64,000 nt of DNA, from the NCBI RefSeq assembly GCF_009914755.1, contig NC_060928.1. One strand, given 5' to 3'. Within the stretch, counting starts at the first letter, position 1. Each line of letters opens with the position of its first letter. Origin of the DNA: the human T2T-CHM13v2.0 reference genome, Homo sapiens. Below the pieces are notes generated by a model. That model did not search any database and was not told where the DNA came from. It saw nothing but the letters and a program-made list of their open reading frames with translations. Both the position numbers and the translations under genes were made by a program. Below, one piece after another: positions 1 to 19,300 of the stretch.

Positions 1-3090
<3,090 letters not shown>

Positions 3091-3099
3091 TATTGTATG

Positions 3100-3285
3100 C
3101 TTCCAAATTCCAGAGAGATTTTAAATGTTTTCACTAGAAAAAATGTTAATTTAATTATATGAGATGACATGTATGTTAATTAGCTTGAAGAACATTTCAC
3201 AATGTATACAAATAAATTATCATGTACCCCATATATAAAATTTTTATTTGTTAATTAAAATATTTATTAGAATTTTAAAAATAAA
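3100..3285 (+). mobile_element. Old L1M (L1MA/MB) 3'-terminal fragment
   Basis: 'atgtatgttaattagcttga...catttcacaatgtatac...catgtacccc...atttttatttgttaatt' resembles the L1MA/MB 3' end. Confidence 0.65.
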
Positions 3286-4079
3286 GTGCTTTAACTTAAT
3301 TTCAAAAAAGAAATATGACTAACTTAACTTTCAGGTACTTGAGATTCAAAATATTTTTTAAAAAGTAAATAAGATAAACACCATAGAACGTTAAATAAAA
3401 TACTTTCTATTGAAAAAAATCTTGTTATTTTTTGACTCTGATCAAATGTTCTATTCCTGGAAGGCTATGCTTGGCTCTCCAAGGTAGACTTTCATACTGG
3501 CTATCATTTGCTTACCCAAAGAAAGCCATGTTTAGATTTGCTTTTCCAGACAACTTAACATTATTGACTTTTGATATCAGAAATTTAAGCAATATTATAA
3601 AACAAAAACAAAACAATACACAAAAATGTATTCCAACACTCTATTACCTAGTCAGTGCTTTCAATTATCTCTTGTAATTGCACATTGTAAGCTCCCCAGA
3701 GTATCTTTTGTTTGGCTGACTAATGGTTTATTATCTGTAAATGGCTTTTAAAAAAAAATGTGTTCATGAAAAAAGAACATCTTTGCATCAAGTTGTCTCT
3801 GATAATAAATATTAAGATGTGCATAATGTGCAGTTATAACATATTAAATAATGAATTCATTATAAATAATTTATTAAAAATCCTACTACATGCTGAACAA
3901 AGTTTTAGTGACAATGTATAGTAGTTACTAAATTAACTTAGGTGATGATTAAATTTTCAAAATGAGAAACTTGAATGAATCTTTTGCATATTAACATTAT
4001 ACTCAGTCTTACAGATGTCAAAGCTTAGTAACATAAGTAGGTTGCTTATACTATATCTTTGTCCCTTCTTGAAAAATAG

Positions 4080-4604
<525 letters not shown>

Positions 4605-5476
4605 TACCAGTGGATCCAGTGGATTTTGTATTCTGTTTCTCTCTAGTATAATTCCAAGCACAAAGTGATATTGATCCTATGAATGACAAACTGATGAATA
4701 AAATGTCAACAGCTCACCCTATTTAGCCTTATGATGGCCTCTTATTCCCAATTCAGTATACTTTTATTTCCTACCTTATCTTTACAAAATATAGACAAAG
4801 GAATATATTAAAAAGGGGGGAACCAAGAAAGGGGAAAGCCAAGAGCTGAAAAACAAAATTCTGATAAACCTAGATCAAGGTGCATCTGAATTATAAAATA
4901 TATTTATTAATATGTTTTTATTCATTTAAATAAAGGCCTAGAATTGTGCTTATATTATTAAATTGATAGGAGAAAATGCCTTGTTATTAGTATAGCCATC
5001 TTTTATGTCTTCATTTGTATGGAAAGACATGTTCCTAAGATATTGAAAACATCTGGTGTTTCATTGGTTTTAAATATACTCTTCATATTTTTGAAAACAC
5101 AAATTATAGAAAGCTTATGGGCAGTTACCTAGTCCAATCACTCATTTAGTGAAAAAGGAATATTCACTTCAGTAAAGTCAAGTACCTTTCTGATTATTAC
5201 ACAATAGGTTAAGGGCAGAACTGAATCTATAACTCTCACTTTCTAAAATATTCCAGTGTCTTTTTCCACATATCTAAGAGTTCATTAGAATCATTGTTCC
5301 TAGATCTAGTGCAAAGGCAAACTAGAGTAAATGTTTTTTCCTGAATTATATTGAATTTTGAAATAACATTTTACAAATACATGCATTTATTTTTGTTTTA
5401 TTATGTGTGTGTGTATGTGTATATTTGTGTGTACATAAACACACACACAACTGCTAAAATCCTTGGAATTTACTGA

Positions 5477-5841
<365 letters not shown>

Positions 5842-6472
5842 CATACCTGAGTTTTTGCTAATGAGGTGATGGTGCAAAACTTTGGAAGGAAGAGGGAGTT
5901 GGCCAACAGAAAAGATCAAACTCATGAATAAAATGGGAATTTTCACCTCCATCTTCCAATCTCTTGGGCAGAGAGGAAGGCTGGAGATTGAGTTAGAAAT
6001 CCTCTTAAACAAGATTTGGAGACTTTCCAGGTTGGTGAACACAGCAATGTGCTGGGAAAGTGGTAGGCTGCATCCACAACCCCATCCCTACCCCACACCT
6101 GGCTTCATGCAACATCCTATTTTGCTCTTTCTGAATTGCGTCTTTTATAATAAACCAATAATTATAAGTAAAGTGCTTTTGTGAGTTCTGTGAGTTATTC
6201 TAGGAAATTATGAAACCTAGGAGAAGGCCCTGGGACCCCCTCCCACAATTGTTTAGCCAGCTGGGAAGAAGTTTGGGTTGCCTGGGGCCCTATTTGTGGC
6301 TGATCTCTGATGTGGGGTAGGCTCCTGGGATGAAGTCCTTAACCTTTAGGGTCTGGACTAACTCCAGGAGTTAGTGTCAGAATTTTATTGATTTCATCTA
6401 CTCCCAGTTTGTCAGAGAGTTGAAGAATTGTTTGATGTAGAAAAACATGTACTTGTTTTAAGAAACACACAT

Positions 6473-6748
6473 GGCCAGGCACGGTGGCCCATGCCTGTAA
6501 TCCCAGCACTTTAGGAGATTGAGGTGGGTAGATCACCTGAGGTCAGGAGTTCAAGACCAGCCTGGCCAACATGGTGAAACTCTGTCTCTACTAAAAACGT
6601 CAAAATTAGCCAGGTATGGTGGTGCACACCTGTAATCCCAGATACTCAGGAGACTGAGACATGAGAATTGCTTAAATCTGGGAGGCAGAAGTTGCAATGA
6701 GCCGGGATCGTGCCACTACACTCCAGCCTGGAGACAGATTCCATCTCA

Positions 6749-6780
<32 letters not shown>
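6473..6780 (+). mobile_element. Alu (AluSx-like) whose tail is an (AC)n microsatellite
   Basis: 'ggccaggcacggtggc...ccatctca' then (ac)n at 6749-6780. Upstream flank 'aaacacacat' suggests the repeat was seeded by the TSD. Confidence 0.96.
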
Positions 6781-6828
6781 TTAATTTCAGAAGTGGTGTC
6801 AGAAAATGCTACACAAGGCTGTAAAGGA

Positions 6829-7025
6829 TGTGTGTGTGTGTGCACACATAGAGGTTTTATAACACACACATATGTGTGTGTATATATATATATGAAGGGT
6901 ATATATTTTTATAAAGCTTATATATGCTTATATACATACATAGACATATATGTGTGTACTTTTAAATATATTTTATAGGTCTATATAAATGCATACATAC
7001 ACATACAAACACATACATAATATAT
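6829..7025. repeat. (TG)/(TA)/(CA) low-complexity tract
   Basis: Directly visible alternating dinucleotide runs. Confidence 0.8.
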
Positions 7026-8011
7026 CCTGCAACATAAACTAGTCAGTAGTTAGAAAAGTTTGCATAGGACAGACTTATACTAACAAAGTACTCATAATTT
7101 ATCCTAAATTTAAATTAAAATGGGAGTCTTTTATTTTATCTAGCAACCCTAAATATAAAACATTTTCCTAGATGCCATAACTCACACCTTCAAATCAGTG
7201 AGTTTTTTCCTGCTGGTTTACTTAAAATAGGTTTACTGCAATGTTACTCTGGGTTGGCAGAAGAGAGAAAGTTTGAGAATTAGGAGTCAGTAAACATCTT
7301 AAGCAGACATCAATTGTAGAGGCCTAGATTTTTAAAATACCTTATTATTCTGATGTGTTAATATTAAATCATATCATCTTCAACTAGCAAATGCTACAGT
7401 GTTAACATGTGCATATAAGTCAATTGCTTGGAACTTGACAATTATGCTTTTCAGAAATAATATTCTATAAGACTGTCAGCTCCCCTAGGCCATATTACAA
7501 AAGCCTATTTGACAAATAACATAGTTGAACTACTTGTTAAAATACCATTTGAATTATGCTTTAGAACTCAGGACAAAGTGGCCCAATTTTATTCCTCCTT
7601 CTGTGAAGCCGAGTGGGCTCTTCTGCCTACACAACTTATTATTGTATCTTAGAAAGGATGTTGACCTCCCAGCAGAGCTGGCAATTTGTATAATTAAGAG
7701 TTTTCTAAGTTTTGTATTAGTTTCTCAAGGTTGCTTTCTATTCTATAGAAAATAAATTTGCATCAATTTCTCTTTTTTAAACTGTCTCTTATTCTTATGT
7801 CTTATAATTTGCCCTAACGCTCTTTATGTCGATATTTCACTGCATCCTCTCAAGCATGTACTGAGGGAATTGTACGATTATGAGGGAGAGAAGCAGAACA
7901 ATCAGAAACAGCACCGCCGTTTTTGAGCATGGATGATATACCAAGCACTGTGTTATGTGTCACTCTACAGGTTACAGATAACAGTTCTTATAGCCGTCCT
8001 GTCATTTACAT

Positions 8012-8355
8012 CAGCAGCCGGCAACTTTTTTGGCACCAGGGACCAGTTTCATGGAAGCCAGTTTTTTCCCAAGGGGGTGAGGGGAGGGTGTGGTTTGAGT
8101 CATGATGGTTTCAGAACATCAGGCATTAATTATATTTTCATAATGAGCCTGCAATCTAGATCCCTGGCATTTGGAGTTCACAGTAGGGTTCGCACTCCTA
8201 TTCCAATCTAAAGCCGCCACTGATCTGACAGGCGGTGGAGCTCGGGCATTAATGCTTGCTGCTCCGCCTGCTGCTCACCTCCTACTGTAAGGATGGGATC
8301 CTAACAGACCACAGACTCTGGTACCAGTATATGCCCTGGGGGTTGGGGACCCCTG
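8012..8355. mobile_element. MER1B (hAT-Charlie MITE), full length
   Basis: 'cagcagccggcaactttttggcaccagggacc...ggggttggggacccctg'. Degenerate 8-bp TSD atttacat / acttagat. Confidence 0.9.
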
Positions 8356-9134
8356 ACTTAGATGAGACTTCTCTTTTACAGAAGAGAGAAATGAGTCACA
8401 GAATGATTATCCAAGATAGTGTAGACGTGGTAAATGGTGCAGGTAGGATTTAAACACATATTTTTCTGACTCTATAAACACCTGTTTTCATTCATAATGT
8501 TGTTTGGGGGTAGAAATCCCATAGGTACAGTAGTTGAGAGCTGAACTATCTTAGCATACCCAAGCAATTCAAGTGGACAAAGCTAGATATTTTGATTGAA
8601 AATGTTTTACATAAAAATAGCCCTATTGAGTGAAACAATGGAACATAAAAAGTTTTCTATTTGTCTTATAGTCTATGTTCCAAATTTTTACCTCCTTTGT
8701 TTACTTGTTTCTTGTGATATTTACACTGATACAAGACCATTATATTATACGGAGACTGAAAACTCCAGAAAGTTAAATTTATAAAGGCAGTAAGAGGTAA
8801 TGCAGATTTTCAAATGTGACCTCTGACTTTGTGTTTATTAATTTTTCTAATAATTTTTTTTCAAAATATTATTGTTCCAGGAGTGTTTCATATTACATTT
8901 GTCTTAATAAGACTTTCAAGTTGATTTAGGATACTCCAGATGAATTACTTGAAAACAGAAATTAAACGATGCTATCAAATGTATCTTCTCTTAATCTAAT
9001 ACTTCACAAAAAATTGCAAAGCTTTCTAAGCCATATTTGGTGGCACGTATTTTGTATTTTTTTCCACACTGTAGAAGGTTTAAAAATAGTGATCATAAAA
9101 ACAATTACCATATTGGATAAATATATAACTACTG

Positions 9135-9205
9135 TCCTTTGAATGATTACTATGTGCCAGGTATTATGCTCAAACTTTTACAGGAACATTTTCATTTAAT
9201 CCACA
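9135..9205 (-). mobile_element. MIR fragment
   Basis: 'ttactatgtgccaggtattatgct...tcatttaatcc'. Confidence 0.55.
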
Positions 9206-11177
9206 GAAATAAGAAAATAATTAGAACAGAGTGGATAGCTTTCCTAAACAAAGTTATTACAGTAGTCTTTTACTGTTAGTAGTCTTACTAGTACACATTC
9301 TTTTGTCCCCCGAGTTTTGGACAAATGTGTAAAACAAATGAAACATTACAAAAAAGCAAAAATATGCAAGCATAATATTGCAACTGATCAAAAATACACA
9401 GGAAGCTCACAGGATAAATGAGGCATTAACACAGGGTGACTGTCTTATTTTAACAAAAAAAGAAGAGAAACATTTACCTCATTAGTTTACTATTCACTCC
9501 TGAAATGACAGACTCCTGGGAAATGTCATAGAAATTCTAGAATGTCTTTTCCAGCCTCCACAGATTTCTAGTTATCCTTTTGTGTACTAATATCGTAGCT
9601 ACTTTTTTGCAAACATCCTCAAAAATAGCTCAATGCTGTTACTAGGAGCAGAAAGGAAACTTCTAGGCCTTCCCATACTCTTCCAGGGGTCCCACAACAA
9701 AACTTGCTAAAAGATTTCCTAAAGTTAAACCAGAACTCTTCTATGCTCATTCCACACTATGGAGTTTTTAATGCTTACTCTCTTTTTTATGTACCTGTTC
9801 AAAATTAACTCTCATTTGCTTTTCATTGTTAACTGTCTGTGTTTCAGGTGAAGAGATGCATGTAGCTGATTTCCATGTTTAAATAAATGCAGAGCATTGA
9901 TATTTTTAGCATTGGTCTCAGTGGCAGAAAATAGTACAAGAACTCTAATGTAACGGATAAAGCATAGATTCTAACCCCAGATAGAGTATGTTCAAATGTA
10001 TGTTCACATGTATCTGTGTACAGAGGTTTATACTACCAAAGGAAATCAAAATATTTCACCTCTTGAGCAACACAGAAAAAGCACCACTGATCCCTTCTTG
10101 GGAGACTCTGTTTTTTTCACAAAGCCTGAGGAGCCGTGGGTGGATTTCTCTCAGGTCTGAAACTCTGCTCTCTTTTACATTGAGCCCCCTGATCACTGGG
10201 CTTTTGAATATATACGTGTGTGCATGTGTGCATCATATATTGTATTTACATGTATTTATATGTCTGTACATGTCCTTGTGTATAGTCTACATGCTACGAA
10301 ACTGACTGAGAAATATATAGACACTCCCAAATTAAATAGCTAACCTAAATGCTTTTCAAGTTCCTGTGATATGGGTACATCTTTGTGAATAAGACTATTA
10401 AACATTGCTGGTTTAGTAGAAACAGCTTGTCTTATAAGTTATCAACAAAATACTCACGTAATTAACTTTGGGGGTTTTTCTTTCATGGTAATTGCCTAAT
10501 GTGCATGTACTATAAAGCTGGTTAATAGAAAAATAACTCGAGATAATGACTAAGCATTGTCTAGTATCTCAAAAATGTTTCTGTAATTGTTAAGGATGAA
10601 GAAATTAAATAGATACAGGTGCAATAAGAGTCTATAAACATACTTCTTTTACAATAATTATGTTTAATGATATGTTTACTTTAAAGATTTTCCAAATTCA
10701 TTCGTAACTATACACTTAAACTTTTGCCAAGTTAAATTGAATGATAGCTATTCATAGAATTTTCAAATAAGACAAACTACTGAAACATTAACAAAGGGTT
10801 TAAATATATTTACTTGTTGCTTCTCATTACAAAGAAACAGAATATTTTTTGATTTCTTAGTATGTTCCACATTCAAAACTTTGAAGATTCCTATATTTTT
10901 AGAAATTATGAAATATATATTCATAAAATATTGGTATGTGACAATTAAAGTGAGTTAATACCTTGGTTTTCACTAGAAATGTAGGTTACTATATGTATCA
11001 GGCCACTCTTGCATTGCCAGAAAGAAATACCTGAGAGTGAGTAATTGATAAAAAAAAGATGTTTAATTGACTCACAGTTCTGCAGGCTGTACAGCAGGCA
11101 TGGCACTGGCATCTGCTTGACTTCTAGAGAGGCCTCAGGGAGGGAATACAAAGAGGAATAGGCACCATATCACATGG

Positions 11178-11854
11178 TGTTTTAGTCCATTCTCACGCTG
11201 CTATGAAGAAATACCTGAGACTGGGTAATTTATAAAGGAAAGAGGTTTAATTGATTCACAGTTCCATAGGGGTGGGGAGGCCCCAGGAAAGTTACAGTCA
11301 TGGTGGAAGGGGAAGCAAATACGTCCGTCTTCACATGGTGGCAGGAAAGAGAAGTGCTAAGCAAAAGCAGGAAAAGCCCCTTATAAAACCATCAGATTGG
11401 CCGGGTGCGGTGGCTCACACCTGTAATCCCAGCACTTTGGGAGGCCAAAGTGGGCGGATCACGAGGTCAGGAGTTCAAGACCAGCCTGACCAATATGGTG
11501 AAACCTTGTCTCTACTGAAAATACAAAAATTAGCTGGGCATGGTGGCATGCGCCCATAGTCCCAGCTACTCAGGAGGCTGAGGCAGGAGAATCACTTGAA
11601 CCAGAAGGTGGAGGTTGCAGTGAGCTGAGATTGCACCACTGCACCCCAGCCTGGGAGATAGAGCTAGAATCTGTATCAAAAAAAAAAAAATCAGATCTTG
11701 TGAGAACTCACTCATTATCACAAGACCAGGAGCGTGGGGGTAACTGCCCTCATGATTCAATTACCTCCCACTAAGCTCCTCCCACAACAGGTAGGGATTA
11801 TGGGAGCTACAATTCAAGATGAGATTTGGGTGGGGATGCAGCCAAACCATGTCA
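11178..11854 (-). mobile_element. THE1C/D solo LTR with exact 5-bp TSD catgg, split by an Alu
   Basis: 'tgttttagtccattctcacgctgctatgaagaaatacc...gccaaaccatgtca'. catgg at 11173-11177 and 11855-11859. Confidence 0.92.
11399..11689 (+). mobile_element. Alu (AluSg/Sp-like) inside THE1
   Basis: 'ggccgggtgcggtggctcac...' to poly-A; flanked by 'atcagat' on both sides. Confidence 0.97.
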
Positions 11855-13137
11855 CATGGTGAGAGTGGGAGCAAGAGAAAGAGAAGGGGGAGGTGCCACA
11901 CACTTTTAAAAAAACAGATCTCCTGAGAACTCACTCACTGTTGTGAGGATAGCACCAAACCATGAGAGATCTTTTCCCATGGCCTAAACACTTCCCACTA
12001 GGCCCCACCTGCAACATTAGGGATTACAATTCAACATGAGACATGGTAGGGACATATATTCAAACTATATCATTATGAGTTAAAATTGTCATTAACATCT
12101 GTAATTTAAACTACTAGAAATAAGGGGAAAATTTGGTATGCAAAGTGTACAAGAAAAGCAAGATATATTTTTGGTAAATAAGTTTATAATGAAAGCCTGA
12201 GGATGTGGTTTTTGTTGAAGAAAAAGTAGTAGTGTTTACAGGTTGTTTAAGGGTTGTTTCAGAATGAAAGAATACAAAAATAAATTATATACCTAAAGCT
12301 GAATGAATATCAATGTTATAAAGGTTATACAATTTTATAAAAGAAATTTTACATGTGATAAAATGCGCTAAGATTAAACAAGTTTATTATCAGGGTTTTA
12401 AAAATTGCACTTTAATATCCAAAAATACATTGATATAAAACTAGAATTTGTTTTTTATTTTAAGCATGATGTTTGTATAATATTGATAAGATACAGTAAC
12501 AGATTTTTGTTTACTTTTTAAGTCAACTGCAAAAACAAAAAGAAAAGGAAAAACAGGGAAGAGAGACAGAAAGACATTCTGTATCACGCTGTCTTTATTT
12601 GGTGTTTTGTTTAAATTAATAACTATGATCTCATAATGATCTGTAATTCTATTATAATCAAGTGTTATAAACCTTTACATATTTGGCAGACTTTCCAAAA
12701 TCAAATTCCAAGAACTAAATTAAGTCTTTTCAACCTTAAACTAACTTTTGGACATTTCAGAAGGGCCACTGGAAACATAGGAGAAATATATTAAACTAAT
12801 TGGCCTTATTTGCTATGTTAAAATTATACAGAATTTATTGTCAATAAATTATATTTAACATTCTTTGAGTAATATTTATATAAATATGTTATTGGTATAT
12901 TTGCATGAAAATTGTATAAGCTCCCTAGAAATTAATGTTTTTAGTCATCATTTTGGTTATGTTAAAATGTTATGCCACAGAAATAACCTAATTTTATTTT
13001 TGATTGTGGAGTATAATAAAGTCCCATCAGGTCTTTAACCATGGCCACTTTAAGTCTTTTTGTCCACTGGTAATTGCTTTATTCTGATTTTTTGGGGGGG
13101 GGATTTAACAAGTAATTATAATTCTAAAATATGTGTC

Positions 13138-14778
<1,641 letters not shown>

Positions 14779-16305
14779 AGAAACATGCACACACACATAT
14801 AGTCATATATACATATATAACTATATATACATAGTTTTATACATATAGAACTTCATACATATATAACAATTATATACATATATAACAGTAAAACTATAAA
14901 ACTTCTTGATAGAAGTTCTAGTAAATATATAACTAATGAAAAAGATAATAAAGTGTTGTGTCTTCAAAGAGATAAAATCATATCTTAAAGATGTTGAGGG
15001 ATCAGGTCCAGATCACTGCAATTAAGCAAATATTATAATGCAAAGAGTCCCAAAAATGTTTCAATTTCCCAGTGCATATAAATATTATGTTTACACAATA
15101 CTGAAGTCTGTGAAGTGTGCAATAGTATTATGTCTAAACAATGTATGTATATTAATAAATACTTTCTTACTAAAAATGCTAATGATCATCTGAGCCTTCA
15201 GCATGTCAAAATCTTTTGGCTGGTGGAGGATACAGCTTCAATATTGATGGCTGCTGACTAATCATGGTGATGATTGCTGAAGTTTGGTGTGGCTGTGGCA
15301 ATTTCTTAAAATAAGGCAACAATAAATTTTGCCACATAAATTGACTCTTTCTTTAATCCATGATTTCTCTGTAGCATGTAATGTTGTTTGATAGTGTTTT
15401 GTCCACAGTAAAACTTCTTTCGAAATAGAGATCAATCCTCTCCAGCTGTTCCACTGTCTTATCAACTATTATTCTGTAATATTCTAAATGGTTTTTTGTC
15501 ATTTCATCAATGTTCACAGCATTTTCACCACAAGTAGATGCCATCTCAAAAAATGCTTTCTTTCCTTATCCAGATGAGGGAGTTACTTATCCATTCAAGT
15601 TTTATTGGAGATTTCAGCAATTCAGTCATATCTTCAGGCTTCACTTCTAATGCTAGTTCTATTGCTATCAACCCCATCTGCAGTTACTTCCTCCATTGAA
15701 GACTTAAACCCATCAAAGTCATCCATAAAGTTTTGTATCAACTTCTTCCAAACACATGTTCATGTTGATATTTTGACCTTCTTCCATGAATCACCAATGT
15801 TCACAATGACATTTAGAATGGTAATTCCTCTCCAGAAAGTTTCAAATTTACTTTGCCAATATCCATTAGAGGAATCACTGTTTGTGACAGCTATAGACAC
15901 ACAAAACGTGTTTCTTTAATAGTAGGACTTGAAAGTCAGAATTACTCCTTGATCTATGGCTGCAAAACGATGTTGTGTTAGCAGGCATGAAAACATCATT
16001 CATATCCTTGTATCTCTCCATCAGCCCCCTTGGGTCCAAAAGCAACAATATTTTGAAAGACATATTTTATTCTGAGCAGTTAGTCTCAAAACTGGGCTTA
16101 AAATATTCAGTAAATCATTCTGTAAACAGATGGGCTGTCACCCAAGATTTGTTGTTCCAGTTATAGAGCACTAGCAGAGTAGATTTAGCATAATGCTTAA
16201 GGGCCCTAGGATTTTTGAAATTGTAAATGAGAATTGGCTTCAAGTTAAAGTCATCAGTGCCATTAGCTCCTGACAAAAAAAGTGGGCCTGTCCTTTGAAG
16301 CTTTG

Positions 16306-19300
16306 TTATTTATTATTTTATTGAACACCTATTTGTATGTATTTATGGGGTACATGTAATATTTTAATACCCAGAAAAATGTGTAATGATTATATAAGAA
16401 TATTTATAATATCTGTCACCTCAAACATTTATTATTCATTTATGTTGGAAAAATTTCAGATTTCTCTTCTAGCTATTATGAAATATACACAATATTGTTG
16501 TTAACTATGCTCATCCTATTGTGCTGTTGAACAGTAAAATATATTTCTTCTATTTAAATGTATGTTTATCCCAGTTAATCTACCTTCCATCACACCCACA
16601 CCCTGACACACACACCCTTCTCAGCCCCTGGTCTGAGATGATCTTACTCTTTCTCCATGAGAACAACATTTTAGCTTTCAAATTTGAGTGGGAACACACA
16701 CTTTTTTTCTGTGCTTGGTTTATTTTACTTAATATATTAACTTCTAATTCCATTCAAATGACAGGATATTATTTTTATGACCAAATAGTATTTTATTATG
16801 TATATATGCCACTCTTACTTTATGCATTCATCTGCTGTTAGACACAAAGGTTGACTCCGATCTTTCCTATTGTGAATAGTGCTGCAATGAACATGGAAGT
16901 GCAGATGTCTGTTTGAAATAGTGAATCATTTTATTTGAATAAATACCCAGTAGTGATATCACTGAATCATATGGTATTTCTTTTTGTCTTTTGAGAAATT
17001 TTCAAGTTGTTTTTTATAATGGCTATACTAATTTGCATTTCTACCAACAGTGTATAAGAAATTCCTTTTATCTGCCTTCTCACCAGCATTCATTTGTTTG
17101 GTTCTCTTTCCTGATAATAGCCATCCTAACTGGGGTAAGATGATATCACATTGCGGTTTTGATCTGCATTTCCCTGCTGAGTAGAGATGTTGAACATCTT
17201 TATATTCTTGTTGGCCATTTGTATGTCTTCTGTTGAGAAATGTCTATTCAGTCAGATCTTTCAAATGCTTTTAAATGTGATCGTTTTACTGGTGTTGAGT
17301 TATTTCAATTTCTTATATATTCTGAATTTTAGTCTCTTGTTGAATGAAGAGTTTGCAAATATTTTGTTCTGTTCAACAGTTAGTCTCCTCATTCTGTTGA
17401 TTGTTTTCTTTGTTGTACAGAAGGCTTTTTAGTTTAATATGGTCCTATTTGTCTATTTTTTTTTTTTTGCCTGTGGTTTTGAAGTCTTAACCATAAAGTC
17501 TTCACTTACGCCTATGTTCTAAGGCATTTCCTCTATGGTTTTGTGTAGTAATTGTATAGTCTTGAGTCTTAAGTCTTTAATCCACTTTGAGTTGATGTTT
17601 TGATATAATGAAAGATAGAGGCCTAGTTTCATTTTTCTGCCCGTGGATATCCAGTTTTCCCACACCATTTACTGAAGAGGACATCCTTTCCCAAATGTAT
17701 GTTCTTGCCACCTTTGTTGCAAATCAGTTGACTGTAAATATGTGGATTAATTTCTGGGTTCTTTATTCTGTTTTATTGGCCAATGTGTCTGGTTTTTTGC
17801 CAATACATGCTATTTGGTTATTATAGTCTTATAGTATATTTTAAATTTAGATATTGTGATGCCTCCAGTTTTGTTCTTATTGTTCAGAAATACTTTAGTT
17901 ATTAGGGCTCTTTTTTGGTTCCATTCACATTTTAGGGTTTTCTTTTCCATTTCTGTGATGAATGACATTGGTATATTTTCAGGGATTGCATTAAAACTGT
18001 AGATTACTTTTGGTAGTATGGTCATTTTAAGGATATTAATCATTTCAATCCATGAACATAGGATTTTTTCCATTTACTTGTATCATCTTCAATTTATTTC
18101 ATCAATATTTTGTAGTTTTCCTTATAGAGGCCTTTTCCCTCCATGGTAAAATTTATTCCTAGGTATCTTATTTTATTTGTAGCTATTGTAAAAGGGACTT
18201 ACATTTGGTAAGTTATTTCTTGGTTTATTTTTCAGATTGTTCAGAGCTGGCATATAGAAACGTTACTAATTTTGTAAGTTGATTTTGTAACTTGCTACTT
18301 GACTGAATGTGTTTATCTGTTCTAAGAATTTTTTGGTGGAGTCTAGGTTTTTCTAAATTTAAAATCATGTCATCTGCAAAGAGGAATAATTTTACTTTCT
18401 TGTTTCAATTTGGGTGCCTTGTATTTCTTTATCTTGCCTGTTTTAGCTAGGGCCTCTAGTACTCTGTTGAATAGAATTGATGAAAATAATCGTTTATGGT
18501 GTTTTCTAGTTCTTAGAGAAAAGCTTTTAGCTTTTCCCCATTCAGTATGATGTTAGCTATGGGTTTGTCAGATATGGCCTGCATTATGTTGAGGTATGCT
18601 TCTTCTGTGCTTGAGAGTTTTTATCATGAAGAGATGTTGATATGTTGATTTTATCATATCCTTTTGCTGCATCTATTAAGATGATCATATATTTTGTGTA
18701 CTTAATTCTGCTGATGTATCACACTTATTAATTTGCTTATGCTGAATTATCTTTGCATCCCTTGGATAAATCCTGTTTGATCATAGTGTATTATCTTTTA
18801 GAGGTGCCATTGGATTTGGCTTGCTCATATTTTGTTGAGGATTTTTGTGCCTTTATTCATCGTGGATATTGGCCTGAAGTGGGGTGTGTGTGTGTTTGCA
18901 TGTGTTTGTGAGGGTGTGTGTATGTCCATGTCTGAGTTTGGTATCAGGATAATGTTGGCCTGGGAGAATGAGTTAGGAGGAATTTCCTTCTCCAATTTTT
19001 TAAAATAGTTTGAGAAGAATTGATATTAACTCTTCTTTATAAGCTTAGGACAATTTGGCAGTAAAACCATCTAGTCATGAGCTATTTTGGAGGGAGACAT
19101 TTTATTACTGATTCAATCTCATTACTTATTATAGGGCTGATCAGGTTTTCTATTTATTCCTGATTTAATCTTGTTAGATTGTATATGTTCAGGAATTTAT
19201 CATTTTCCCCTAGATCTTCCAGTTTATTAACATATAGTTGTTTATAATGGTCTGTAAGAGTCATTTGTATTTCTGTGGTATCAATTTTAATATTTCCTTT

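Larger units (their letters stand above)
10994..12072 (-). mobile_element. MST (MSTA/B) MaLR solo LTR, split by a THE1 LTR
   Basis: 'tgtatcaggccactcttgcattgc...ttctgcaggctgtacag..gcatggcactggcatctgc' and end 'caaactatatca'. Confidence 0.88.

Noticed and set aside
7050-7152. Possible MER53-like hAT end ('...ttttatctagcaaccct')
   Set aside because: Too short and diverged to call without a search.
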